The notes under the pieces: generated by a model
Databases searched by the model: none
Seen by the model: only the letters and a program-made list of their open reading frames with translations
Told to the model about the DNA's origin: nothing
Made by a program: the position numbers and the translations under genes
Part shown: positions 26,401 to 37,896 of the stretch, piece by piece
How the letters are laid out: each line of letters starts with the position of its first letter
Position numbering within the stretch: the stretch's first letter is position 1
NCBI GenBank assembly: GCA_904063045.1
Contig: CAJFCJ010000036.1
Location: 62,001 to 126,000, forward strand
Length of the DNA: 64,000 bases
Source of the DNA: Dimorphilus gyrociliatus
Taxonomy: Eukaryota > Animalia > Annelida
Direction: 5' to 3'

Positions 26401-28904
26401 ATATAAATTTAGTGAAAACCGGTATACTAACTTCAGTCTTTAAACTAAAATGAATAGAAAATTTGACACAGCTAGGATCTGCTATTTCAATAGAACAAGA
26501 TACATTAAGCCTCATTCCATCATTGCTAATATTGGAAAAATCGTGTGGGGAAAAATGATTCAAATTTGCAACAATCAAATCAGACTTTAAATATTTAAAT
26601 TTGTTTGATTTTATATCTTTAGACTTAAAAATAGGATTCAAAAATAATTTTGCCATGATTTCTTCTTGTAATTTTCCATCCGGTTTACAATCAATAGAAC
26701 TTTTAAGTAGAATATAATCATTCTCTTCAATAAATGAATAATTTTCCTGGATGGAAACAACAGTTGATTTTTGATATGATTTTTTTGGAAAGATTATTAA
26801 TGAATTTTCAGCATTTAATTGCAATTCTTCACCAGTAAAAAGAGCTGTTGAAAATGAATTAATATCATTATTCAACCTATTTAACACTGGACAAGTATCA
26901 CAAATCAATTTCTTATTTTTAGTTTCCATTCGAATTTCTAAATTATCTATTTTTTCAATATAAAATTGCTTGTTGTAAATAATTCCCTTTGATAAATAAT
27001 TTATAGATGAGACTGTAAAATTCAAGTCTCCATTAATTCGAATCCGAATCCAAGTATCTTTCATTTGACTCAATTTGAAATCCTTCAAATAGACAAGATT
27101 TTTCAAAGAGTTTATACTATTCTTTTCGTGTCTGATTGATAAATTGCAACCCATAAAATTTTCTCCTACATATTCTGCTTGAATGCATAACAAAAGTGTC
27201 AACTCTCCTTTATCATTTTCTCCACTTTCAATTGGAAAGAGGTAATTGTTAAGAGTACCGTCGAGGAGAGGAACATAGTTTGATTGATGCTCAATTAAAA
27301 CACCGTTTTTCAGTAGTTCAACATGGTCTGTATTATAATCGAAAGCGGGTACAATAATCCAGCCAAAATGATTTGATATTTGTCTTGGAAAAATACAACT
27401 TTCAGTTTTTTTTATTGTAACAACTAACACAGATTCATCGAAAGAATCTAATTGAGTTGTATCTAGAATGAATCCAAAATCGTAGGCGGTTTTAAACTCT
27501 GTTTTTTTCGTTCTATCCTTTCCATCTAACCATAGAATAATTCTGATACTGTCCTCGTTCCAGAACATGAATGTATCATTCACCTTCCTTCTCAATTCAT
27601 CAATTAAACATTTGCATTTCCGACAACTACAACTTTCTATTTCCGCTTTTTTTTTAAATAAATATGCCGAAAGCTGCTTGGGATCTTTGTTTTGGAGAAC
27701 TTCAGATGTAGAAGAAACTTTTTTGGAAAGGAAAGATAAGAATATAATGATTTAGATATTTTGAATAGAATGACGTTTACTATCAGCGAATAGAAGAGAT
27801 ATTTCTCTTTTTGTTGAAAAGCAATAACAACTTAAAAAATTATTCATTGTATCCTTAACATTTTTCATAGCTGTAATTTTGAATGAAAGATTGAACGAAG
27901 GGATTGTATAAAAAAGAAATAACCTTTGCTCAGCTTATTTTCATAATTCATTGTAAAGACCTCTTTATTTGAATAGTTAAAATATTCAAAAGAAAGAGAA
28001 ATATTCTTTTTTGCTTCCACCATGTTTGTATTTTCGTATTCTTTTTCTAGCTTTTCAGGTGTTGCGTAAAATTTTGTATTTTCATTACCAGTAGTGTATA
28101 GTATCCTTAGAGAAGGAACTCTATCTTCATTAAACAGTTTTTTTGCAACTTCTTTTATCCATTCCTCTATAGAATAAATTCTAATTTAGAATAGAAATTC
28201 CCCTTCTTTGAATAAGAAATAAGTTAAGAACCTGGAGAAGATTCCACAAATGATATTGATTTTCTATCAGCTCCAATGCCAGGCATTTGGTGTGAAAATT
28301 TTAGAATCTCAAACTGCAATTTGAGATCATAATCTGCTTGTTGTGATAAAGAAAAGTTGAGGGAAAATTATTGACAAAGCGCTCACCTTCTTCATAATTT
28401 GGGATGATGAATAATTTTTGTTTATTTTGAAGTACATTACAATTATCCTCATTAATCTTCTTTTGAAATTCGTTAAATAACTTATATTCTGATTTCGAAC
28501 CTTCAAAGAGACGAAAGAGTAGATTGTCTAGTTAATAATATAATGAAAACCTTCTAGTGAGAGAGCAAAGAAGATAAATCGATCAACATTTTTTGAATTT
28601 CTCTTTAAATTTTCGACTTTTAATTCAAATTCTCTTGGACAGTCAATCATCCATTTTTCAGTAGAATCACACAGATTAGATAATCCTTGAATATTCAATT
28701 CCGTGCTATAGTCATTTTTATCTTTAAAGATAAGAAAAGATCGTGTAAACAATAGAATAATAGAAATTTAAGAAATAGCGCCCACTTATTAAAATGATAA
28801 GTTGAGTACGTTGAGAAAATCCCTAAAAGAGGAAAATTTGAATTATTTGGATAAAATTCCAAATTGATAAAGAAAGAATATACTTTAACTAATTCTTCAG
28901 CCAT
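23443..28904 (-). CDS. Multi-exon protein: pseudo-caspase 1, ZU5/UPA-like modules, pseudo-caspase 2, catalytic-type caspase domain
   Basis: Exons chain in frame through short GT-AG introns from MAEELVK (28904). Last domain: GREGSEYDVENL, FIMAHG, CPSLFSKPKVFFFNCCRG, YSTIEG..GSLFI, RQIPE..SKFFFF. Two upstream caspase-fold copies lack His/Cys. The long exon has a ZU5-like LIIFPKKS..LLKSSIDCKPDG..ANLNHFS and a UPA-like IRIRINGDL. Apparent 1-nt frameshifts near 28417 and ~23560. Confidence 0.78.
23897..24035. mobile_element. Short related MITE in a caspase intron
   Basis: Inverted repeats GAGAAAACGTCCACA / TGTGGACATTTTCTC around a TAGGTTAGGG core. Confidence 0.6.
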
Positions 28905-29988
28905 TGATATGCCTTGTACAGCACCTTTGCAGTAGGTAAATTTAGAAAAAACAAGAAATTTTATTTATATAAAATTCTTAACAAAGAACTCACCTGCTTC
29001 ACCTTGTTCGTATCTGCTTATTTTGAATATATTGTGGTCTTTATTTTCTTATATTGACTTGGAAAATCCACATTTTGCGATAAGGTTATAAGTCACGTGA
29101 TTCGTCAACAACCTTTGAAAAAGAATTGCATCTGTCGATAAGCTAAAATTTCATATAATGAGATAAACTTTTTCGTTTTGCTCCACTAAGAACAACAATA
29201 AAAGAATGAATAGTAATAGCGATAGCTCAAATTTGCGTTGATCTTATTCTAATTTCTATCACGTGTTTGTTTCGAATTTGACAGAAAATGGCCACAATAT
29301 TGAAATACTAAAGAAGTATTCAAAAGGTACGCTTGCCTGCTTCAAAAACATTTTTTTCTTAAAAAACATAGGCTTAACTCAGGACTATTTTAAATGAAGG
29401 GTTAAGATTAGCATTGTGTGTATCCAACCACAAAGGCCATATAGAGTCAAAGACAAAATTTTTGGTGTGTAGCATTGTTTTCTATATGAAAATATTGAAA
29501 ATTCAATACAGTTTCAAACAACTATGTAACTGTAAGCTATTTATTTCCTGTAGCATTGATATTCAAGCTAAGAATGTTGAAGACAACTGATTAAAGTTCA
29601 CTTTTATTATTCTCGAATGAAAACAAAACTAGGGAAAAAGATAAATAAAACATTTCTCTCTCTCCGAGAGATGGTGTGTAATAGCTATATATTGTCATTA
29701 GTGTATTAATGACACAACATTTAAAATTTTGCTGATTCTGCTTCATTAAACCAATCAATCGGGATTAGTACAAACTAAGCCTAGAGAGGTGAAGGGTCGT
29801 TAATGACCATAACAAAATGTATATACAGTATTTCGCAGAAAATGCTAATTATTTTCACAAATTGGTGTGTATGCTTAATTATAGCTGCAATTATTATAAT
29901 AATTATCTCGTCATGAGGAATGGAATCCATATATATATAGAGAGAGTATCCTGATAATATCCTCCTCCCTTCTTTTCTTTATTCAATT

Positions 29989-31206
29989 ATGGTATTTTTT
30001 ACAAAGATTCTCTTTTCTTCTTTAATTCTATTTCTTTCGTTTGAAATTCAACTTTCTGGTAAGGTGATTTTTATCTTTGTTTTTAATGTTTTTATACAAG
30101 TTTTATAATTATTAGTCATTTGTTTCTTTTCTTAAAAGCTGCCGTTAAACGCTCAAAAACAGTTTGTGAACATCTTACATTAAATATCCAATGTCCTATT
30201 AATGAGGAAATTTCAATACAAACTGCCATTTATGGTAGATCGAAAAATGTGTTATAAGAAATCTTTAAGTTTCTCTCCATTTCGTAAACAGATTTTAAGT
30301 AGAGTTTGTAAAGCAAAAAATTCCGAAATGATAACTAAAGCAAAAATGCAATGGTAGAAGATTTTGTTCAATCAAAGCTTCGAATAAAGTTTTTGGAGAT
30401 CCTTGTGTTGGAATACATAAATATTTATCAGTTATTTATGAATGCAAATCGAAACTGGTAGGTCTAAAAACGAAAATTGTTAACGAACATAGAACACTTC
30501 ATTTGGCTTGTTCAAATGGACAATTTATTGAGATTATATCAGCTTTATATGGAAGATATCGTAATGATCATCAGATGTTGTCACATAAGAAATGGAAAAA
30601 ACTTTCTCATAATGATTGCAATTCATCACATTCCTACTTAAAAGTAGGTCAATTATGTAATAATAAAGAGAAATGTAGTATAAAAGCAAAAAACTCGGTA
30701 TTTGGTGATCCATGTAAAGGAATTACTAAATATTTAGAAGTAAAATATATTTGTCATGAATTCGATCAAATAGAATCAACAGCTGCAACAACTGCAACAA
30801 TGAAGACAACGCCTACTAGTTTTATTTATTGTAAGTGTCTTTTTTGTCTAAAAATAGTTTTTAACTTTTCTTTTCTCTCTTTCTAGATAATATTCCATTA
30901 ATTGTTTGTAAACATCAAATTGCTAGTATAAAATGTCCAGTCAAGTCAATAATTCATATTGAACATGTATTTTATGGAAACAGAGAAGATGATTGGATAA
31001 GTTGCACCAAGCAACACTTAAAGAGTATCTTATCAACTAACAAGATAAGTCAATGCGAATCATTAAAATCAACTAGAAAAGTATCTTTAATGTGCAACAA
31101 AAAACAGTTCTGCTCAGTGGAACCAAAACATTATTATAATCATCATTTCTGTTGCAATGACTTTAGTTTCTTTACTGTCATCTATTCCTGTTTAAAGGTC
31201 AAATAA
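29989..31206 (+). CDS. Secreted rhamnose/galactose-binding lectin with three SUEL (Gal_lectin) domains
   Basis: Signal peptide MVFFTKILFSSLILFL; VCEHLTLNIQC..AIYGR, FGDPCVGIHKYL, LYGR..FGDPCKGITKYLEVKYIC, Thr-rich linker, third divergent domain ending in TAA at 31206. One apparent homopolymer frameshift near 30345. Confidence 0.85.
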
Positions 31207-31333
31207 GTACATTTATGGGTAAAAAAATGAAATTAATTCTTTCATAATAAACACTGGTTCATTCAAAACCAAAAGAGATATTTATCCACTTTATGTCTTT
31301 CCAGTATAATATGGTCAGTTGGAATTTTCGACT

Positions 31334-31335
<2 letters not shown>

Positions 31336-31366
<31 letters not shown>
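31336..31366. repeat. (CT)n microsatellite
   Basis: About 15 consecutive CT units. Confidence 0.95.
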
Positions 31367-31369
<3 letters not shown>

Positions 31370-31778
31370 TGATTGTTTCTGTTTGTTATTTAAGGGGTTA
31401 GAAATATTTAAACTTTGCGATATTTTAGATGCAATATTAGGCCTAAACTTCTGTTAGGAATGCAAAGGTAAAATCACTTATATGTGAAAAAATGACAGAC
31501 ATTTTATTAGAATTGGCACCTTAGAAATAATCAAGGAATAATACAGCAAGTAGTTCTTCTACTTAAATTCTATACGGCTTCGACAGGGAGCCCTACTACC
31601 TTTTATAATCACAATACAATAGGCCTTTGTGAATGAAGAAATCAATATTACACTATTCATATTGGTGAATTGAGTGTTTATTGTTATCATTCGACTGGCG
31701 AGCTGACACTTTACATTTGAGGAAAACGTATTTATCTACGTAGTTAGGGATTTTTAGAGGATAGCAGACGATTAAAAG

Positions 31779-33130
31779 ATGGAACTGGAACAGAGGAAGT
31801 TCGTTATTAATTCGGAGGAAATTTTTGAAATGGAAAGAAAGACACTTCTTCCGTGTTCTGTTTGCGGTAGTCCTTCTACGGGGTAAATATTACTATATAT
31901 TTAGATAGTGACCTACTTATTGAGAGATTTCAATCAACCTTAATCAGATGCCATTATGGTGTGTTCACCTGCGAAGCGTGTAAAGTGTTCTTTAAAAGAA
32001 GTGCGAAAAAACACCATCTCTACAAGTGTAAGAGAAGAAAAAACTGCAATCCGGATAGAGACGGAATTTTCGCTTGCCGCTATTGCAGATTTAATAAGTG
32101 TTTAGGCGTTGGAATGTCATTAAATTACATAAGACACGGGCGTTACTCTCGCGAGAAGAAACAGGTAACTTGTGAAAGAATAGCGGAAGTTACAGAAAAG
32201 AAGAATATGATGATGTGTTCTATACCAGCTTTGCCTAATTTTACGGATGCTGATGAAATATTGATGGGATGCTGCAATATTATATCAGATATTCAAAACA
32301 TCGACTGGGAGAAGGATTTCCCTCATTTAGACAGTCTTCTCCAAGCTGCAAAAGAAGGAATTAACAGTATCTCTTATCCTTTGGAACAGTATCATGATAT
32401 CTTCTGTCTATCAGGATTAGAGGTAGACAATAGAAGACAATTCTCTGGATCCGTTCAACAAATCATTGAATACAATGTTAAAAGATGGACGAAGTATTCA
32501 AGAAAAATACCAGGATTACACGATCTATCAGAGGATGAAATTTTCAGCCATCTTTGCAGCCATAGCGACTTAATTTACGTCACTATTGTAGCATTTAATA
32601 TCCATAGATGGAGCAAAGAAGACCTTACGTTAACGCTCAATAATCAAAGTATACTTGTATCTCGTAGATCAATAGATTATCTTCTAGATAAGAGAGATTC
32701 AAAGATGAAGATGAACATCTTTGAAAAATTTTCCACATTAAATCCAACATTTGAAGAACTAACTCTTATCATTTTGCTCACCCTATTAAAACCTAATGAC
32801 AAATATCCACAATTTCAACACTACTATGATAAAATCATTCTAGGCTTTACTAGATATTTACAGAATATCCATGGAAACAATTTCATTGGAAGGATGAATG
32901 ACATCGTCAATTTTCTATCATTTATGTCTATGGAAACGTACAACGCGGGGAAATGGAGGCCTACCGTTAAAGACTATTACACAACGATATTCGCTGGCGA
33001 TATAATGAAAGAATTTTGGTTTCACCCTACCATTTCAAAACCGGAAGTGAGTATTAATGATCTAAGCCTGTTAACGAATGATCTCATTTTGCTAGATGAA
33101 TATTTAGACGAAAGTATGTGTTTAGATTGA
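31779..33130 (+). CDS. Nuclear hormone receptor (two exons: 31779-31882, 31948-33130)
   Basis: Spliced DBD CSVCGSPSTG/CHYGVFTCEACKVFFKRS..C.....C..CRYCRFNKC; divergent LBD with YSRKIPGLHDLSEDEI and a C-terminal MKEFWF. Confidence 0.93.
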
Positions 33131-34877
33131 TATGCTAGAAAAGACTATTTAAAGAACATTTGCCTGAATCTTGATCAATATCCTCTTGTCATAATTCTCT
33201 GTAAATAGGCCTATATTTTTGAATCAAATAAACAGAATCTTTTAAAAATTATAATAATAAGTTGCCGTTGTTATTAATTCTTTTAAAAAGAACGTCACGT
33301 GTCAGCAAAACCACACCTTTAGGACTATGATAAAGAATATTTTTTTTCTGAAACTGTCTAATTTAGCCATTTGAACCTTCTGATGAGGAAGAGAATCAGG
33401 TTTATGGAACTCCATGGATTTCTTCCTACCCTGGTGTCTGTGAACTCTGATATGTCTGTTGTTTACTGTGTCTTGCTTATACTATAGAATCCACCTTTAA
33501 CACCAGTTTTTCGAATATTTCCAAGAATGCATACTACTGCTCTAATCCGTATGACAATTCGCAGATTAAACGATGCAATAAAATCAATACAGGAACTGTC
33601 AGTGCAGATTTCTCAGAAAAACATTCAACAGTATTCTTGGAATATTTCTTTGTGAAACATCAAACTTTGTGATATAAACCCAATATTTTTCTTAACCTAC
33701 TTAGATCTTTCATTATATTATGCAAATAATTTCGAGGTAGAGTTGTATTATTCAAGTACAATTCTTTCAGATTTGTCTTACTGTTTGTCCATATCAAACT
33801 GCTTAAAGAGTTCATTCACTCAAAGAGATTGATGTGTATTAAAATTGAAATTTGGATTTGTTGATAATCTCCCCTCAATTGGAAAATATAGCAACAGAAT
33901 GTTAGGATAAAAAATGTTCACTAATATAGTCAGCCCTTTTCCGATGGCCTCTTCTTACACAAAACTAACTACCCAGAGAATTATCATTCTTATTTAAGAG
34001 AAATAGAGAAAAAAGTAGTTGCTTGAATATTTTAACTACTCAATGTAATATAAGAAAAAATTTCATAAATAAGAAATATTCCCTCTCCCTTTAACCTAGA
34101 TATTTCTGAGCACTATCAATTTGCAGCTGACCTACCATCCTCCTTTGTAAATATCACATCATTTATAGGAGGGAGTTGTAAGCCTAAATTACTGTTTTTT
34201 AGATACATTATCATAAAATTGATTAAGTATATAAAAATCGTAAAATCATAATTCATTGTTTCACAAATTATACTGTTTATTCCCAAGTATATAGGCCTAA
34301 AGTAAATTTCATAACAACATCATTTTCATTGTTTAAATTAGAATATTCTAAAAATAAATAAGATAAAGGTATATTTTAATTATTTAAGATCATCTTTTAA
34401 AGACATAAAATATGCCTATAAGATTAATAAAATTTATCTTTGAATAGGGCTATTTTACAAAATACATCTAAAATGGTGAAAGGGTCCATATAGTATACCA
34501 TTAAACATTATAAACAGCTTTAGGCCTAATTCCAAAGTGAAAAAACTTTCATGGAATTACTTGAAGAATGAACTCAATTCTCTACTTAGAATTATTTTAT
34601 TATAAAATAGCAAAATAACATTATTGTGGACCATTCAAATATATTCGTATGAGCATATTCAAATCATTATGAATAACATTCGCCCAAGTGGAAGGATTTT
34701 CTGATTAGAAATGGATTGAAATCTCTCCGACAAAACCAAGTAGTTAGGTCTTCATTCAGAACAATAGGTCTATAATCATAGTATTAATAAGCTATTCCGA
34801 CTTCTATATTACTTAGCTGATAACAACTCCTAAACTTTAAAATAATCCGCTTATAATTAGAAAGTGTAAAGGTTTTT

Positions 34878-34895
34878 TTTTGCGCATGCGCAAAA
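34878..34895. promoter_or_regulatory. Perfect palindrome containing the NRF-1/EWG consensus GCGCATGCGC
   Basis: TTTTGCGCATGCGCAAAA in an otherwise AT-rich region; function inferred from the known consensus only. Confidence 0.4.
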
Positions 34896-35451
34896 TGTAG
34901 TACAAATAGATGCAATCCCTATAAACACAGGTTACAGTGTCAAGCTGTAGTTGAAAGATAGATAAAAGAAGATATAAATAAAAATATGGATAAAAAATTT
35001 ATGTTTATTTTTTCACTTTTAAATATTGTGACAGAAATTTCTGCATGTAAAAATAATTATCTAATTTGTAATGATAATTATGATAATGTTGACAAATGTT
35101 AATTAGATATTTCATGGTTTTCAGTACAAATTTATCAAACTCCTAGTCGGGTTGTTTCTAAACTTGTTGAAAAGTTGAATATACAATACGATTTAAGCAG
35201 TAAACATTTCGTATTGAAATTTCCACTAGAAAAAGGAAATCATAAAAAAATTTTGTTTTATAAATTATAGAAATTAATGGAATTCAATTAGAAAGACTTT
35301 ATAGTGAGTGATGTTAATCAGCTAATTTATAAAACTCCTAATTTTACTGATTGTTACAAAAATAGATGGCAAGCGACACCTGGCGGAAAAAGTTCAACAT
35401 ATCTATTCAGAGTTAACAATGTCAAAAGATCAGTTAACGATTAATGCAATA

Positions 35452-37093
35452 CAGTACCGGCGGTAAGTCACTGTTACACCTCAAAAAAATAATATTTTCT
35501 TGATTTTTTCTCTTTCCATACTTAAAGAATGAAAATGAAGGATATTATTATATTTAGTAATATTCTTCTTATCATTATAGAGAGAAAATATATGTTTTTC
35601 ATTTCAAATCTCTGAATTATTGATATTTTAATGTGGTAGGCCTATTTTCTATGGGAGCATAAGTACTTGTTACAATCACAAAAATTACTCTAAAAGAATA
35701 TTAAAAGTATTTTTTTGTTCTTATTTTGACTGTTATTTACAGGATATTATATTTTTTAATGTCTTAATAGTTTGTGTGCATACCCTTAGCTTCTACAACT
35801 GCCCTAAGCCTTCTTTCCATTGTCTCATATAAGAATTGAATTTCCAATTCTGAAATTTTATAAAATTCCTCTCTGAACATCTCCCACAGCTCATCCTTGT
35901 TTCTTGGCTTATGTGCCATTAAATGTTTTTTGCATATGCCCCATATTTGCTCAATTATGTTCAGGTCTGGGCTGTTTGCTGGCCATGGATCCAGTGTTTC
36001 TACTCCCTTTCTCTCAAGGTACGCTTTTGTTCTGGCTGCTGTATGACAGCTAGCCCCATCCTGCTGGAAAATTTCCCCTCTCCTATAATTTGGGACAACA
36101 TGACTGCTCAAAATTTTGACATAATCCAAAGCTGTCATGCGATTAGACACTAAAGCTAGGCCCCTATCTCCATTGAACTTAATGTAGCCAAACACCATTA
36201 TATTCCCTCCCCCAAATTTTACTGTTTTTGTGGTATATTTGGGGTCATTCCGTTTACCTGGTGGCCTCCTAACAAACTCCCTTCTCCTAGGATGCAGCTC
36301 AACCTTTGATTCATCAGAAAAAACTACTTTTTTCCAATTTTCAATCCCCCAGTTTTTTCTCTCTCTACAGAACTCTTTCCTACTTATTATCTGCCTCTTA
36401 GATAAAGCAGGTTTTTTGGCTGCAATTCTCCCATTTAAGTTATTTTTTTGTAGTACCTGCTTCACTGTTGTTAGAGAAAGAGATATTGGTATACCAGAAT
36501 TATATAATACCTGATGGGCTGTCCACTTCGGGTTTGATTTAGATGCCCTGGTAATTTGCCTTTCCATCTTTGGTGTCACTTTTTTTGGTCTACCACTTCT
36601 TTGCTTATCTTTTATCATTTTTAGCTCTTCAAATTTATTTTTTATATTTTGTACAGTAGTTGGACTACATTTAAAAAGCTTTGCCACTTTTTGAATGGAC
36701 ATTTCTGGTCTTTGAAGACAATTTAAGATAGAAATTCTTGTTGCTTCAGATAGCTTCACCATTTTTATTTTAAATTTTTCAACTGTTAGATTACACATGT
36801 GCAAACACATAAATGACCTTAAAATCTGGTTAAAAGTGACACTACTCAATGATCAGGGTAAATTTTTTGAACATAACTGATGCTTGTGCTTTTCCATAAG
36901 TAGGCCTATCACATTAAAGTGATCATATTTCTGAGATTTTAAATTAAAAACATATATTTTCTTTCTATAATGATAAGAAGAATATTATTAAATATAATAA
37001 TATCCTTCATTTTCATTCTTTAGGCGCGGAAAGAGAAAAAATCAAGAAAATATTATTTTTTTGAGGTGTAACAGTGACTTACCGCCGGTACTG
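35452..37093 (-). mobile_element. Full-length Tc1-family DNA transposon (1,642 bp)
   Basis: ~200-bp imperfect TIRs starting CAGTACCGGCGGTAAGTCACTG, TA duplications at 35450-35451 and 37094-37095, intact transposase ORF. Confidence 0.96.
35764..36762 (-). CDS. Tc1-like transposase (DD35E)
   Basis: Likely start MVKLSE at 36762; paired HTH, GRPKK, FSDESK, QQDGAS..WPANSPDLNIIE with 35 residues between the second D and the E. Confidence 0.95.
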   Translation of the reverse strand: MVKLSEATRISILNCLQRPEMSIQKVAKLFKCSPTTVQNIKNKFEELKMIKDKQRSGRPKKVTPKMERQITRASKSNPKWTAHQVLYNSGIPISLSLTTVKQVLQKNNLNGRIAAKKPALSKRQIISRKEFCRERKNWGIENWKKVVFSDESKVELHPRRREFVRRPPGKRNDPKYTTKTVKFGGGNIMVFGYIKFNGDRGLALVSNRMTALDYVKILSSHVVPNYRRGEIFQQDGASCHTAARTKAYLERKGVETLDPWPANSPDLNIIEQIWGICKKHLMAHKPRNKDELWEMFREEFYKISELEIQFLYETMERRLRAVVEAKGMHTNY

Positions 37094-37268
37094 TATAAAT
37101 TTGACAAAAATTCCATTCAAACAGATTGATGGTTTTATAATAAATGCAACAGTATCTGATGGTACTAGTGCTGATTCTAAGACAACTGCAATAGCCTTAT
37201 ATGGTAATTAAACAAAAATCTTTTTCCACTTATTAAGTCATTTTTAAACAAAATTTCAAACAAATTCT

Positions 37269-37475
37269 GGATGCGACAGAAAATGTCCACAAATGAGTGC
37301 TTTTACCCTAACCCTAACCCAGCCCTTAGCTGTACCTAACCTTTTCCATTAGCCCTAACCCTTAGAGGAGACCCTCCTAAGTACAAATCAGTTGCTCTCT
37401 TCTTCTTCCTAACCATTTCTCAATCCAAATTTTTGTCTTGAAATTTCTCATTTGCTGACGTTTTCTGTCGACCCC
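37269..37475 (-). mobile_element. Complete 207-bp MITE, reverse orientation
   Basis: Near-identical reverse complement of 15862-16068; no intact TSD. Confidence 0.88.
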
Positions 37476-37896
37476 GAATTTAATTTATGGGGCTCATCCA
37501 CTCTACTCTAAATTTTGAAGTTATAAAGAAAAAGATAGACTGATTAGCTCATTTTCTACTATAACCTTTACTGATGGAATAGTTGAATTAAATAGTTCAA
37601 TTACTGCAATTTGGGATATAAATAATGAAGATTTCTATTGTCAATTAAAGTTGTAAAGATGGAAATGATAATTTTTGTATCATTTACAAAGTCAACAAGT
37701 TAGTTTAAACAAATTCAAATATATCCATTTTTTTCAGGTGGTTCATCAAAAAGAAATGAAATAAATTTATTCTTCTTCTACTTAACCATTTTATTTTCAA
37801 TCATTTCTTTACAATTACATAATTTCTTCTTTTATTACAATTGCACTTATTGAGTAGTTTTTAAATTAAAAATTTAAATATTTAAAAATGAATAAC

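Noticed and set aside
33400-33950. Possible decayed exonuclease-like reading on the minus strand
   Set aside because: Many stops and no convincing catalytic motif.
34986-35400. Signal-peptide-like start MDKKFMFIFSLL with Cys residues
   Set aside because: Early stop codons; similarity to receptor A/B N-termini is too weak to claim.
6077-37475. Interpreting the TTAGGG-containing repeats as interstitial telomeres or Helentron/DINE elements
   Set aside because: Only 2-3 perfect hexamers per copy, embedded in a TIR-bounded unit; 8- and 9-bp TSDs argue against rolling-circle insertion.
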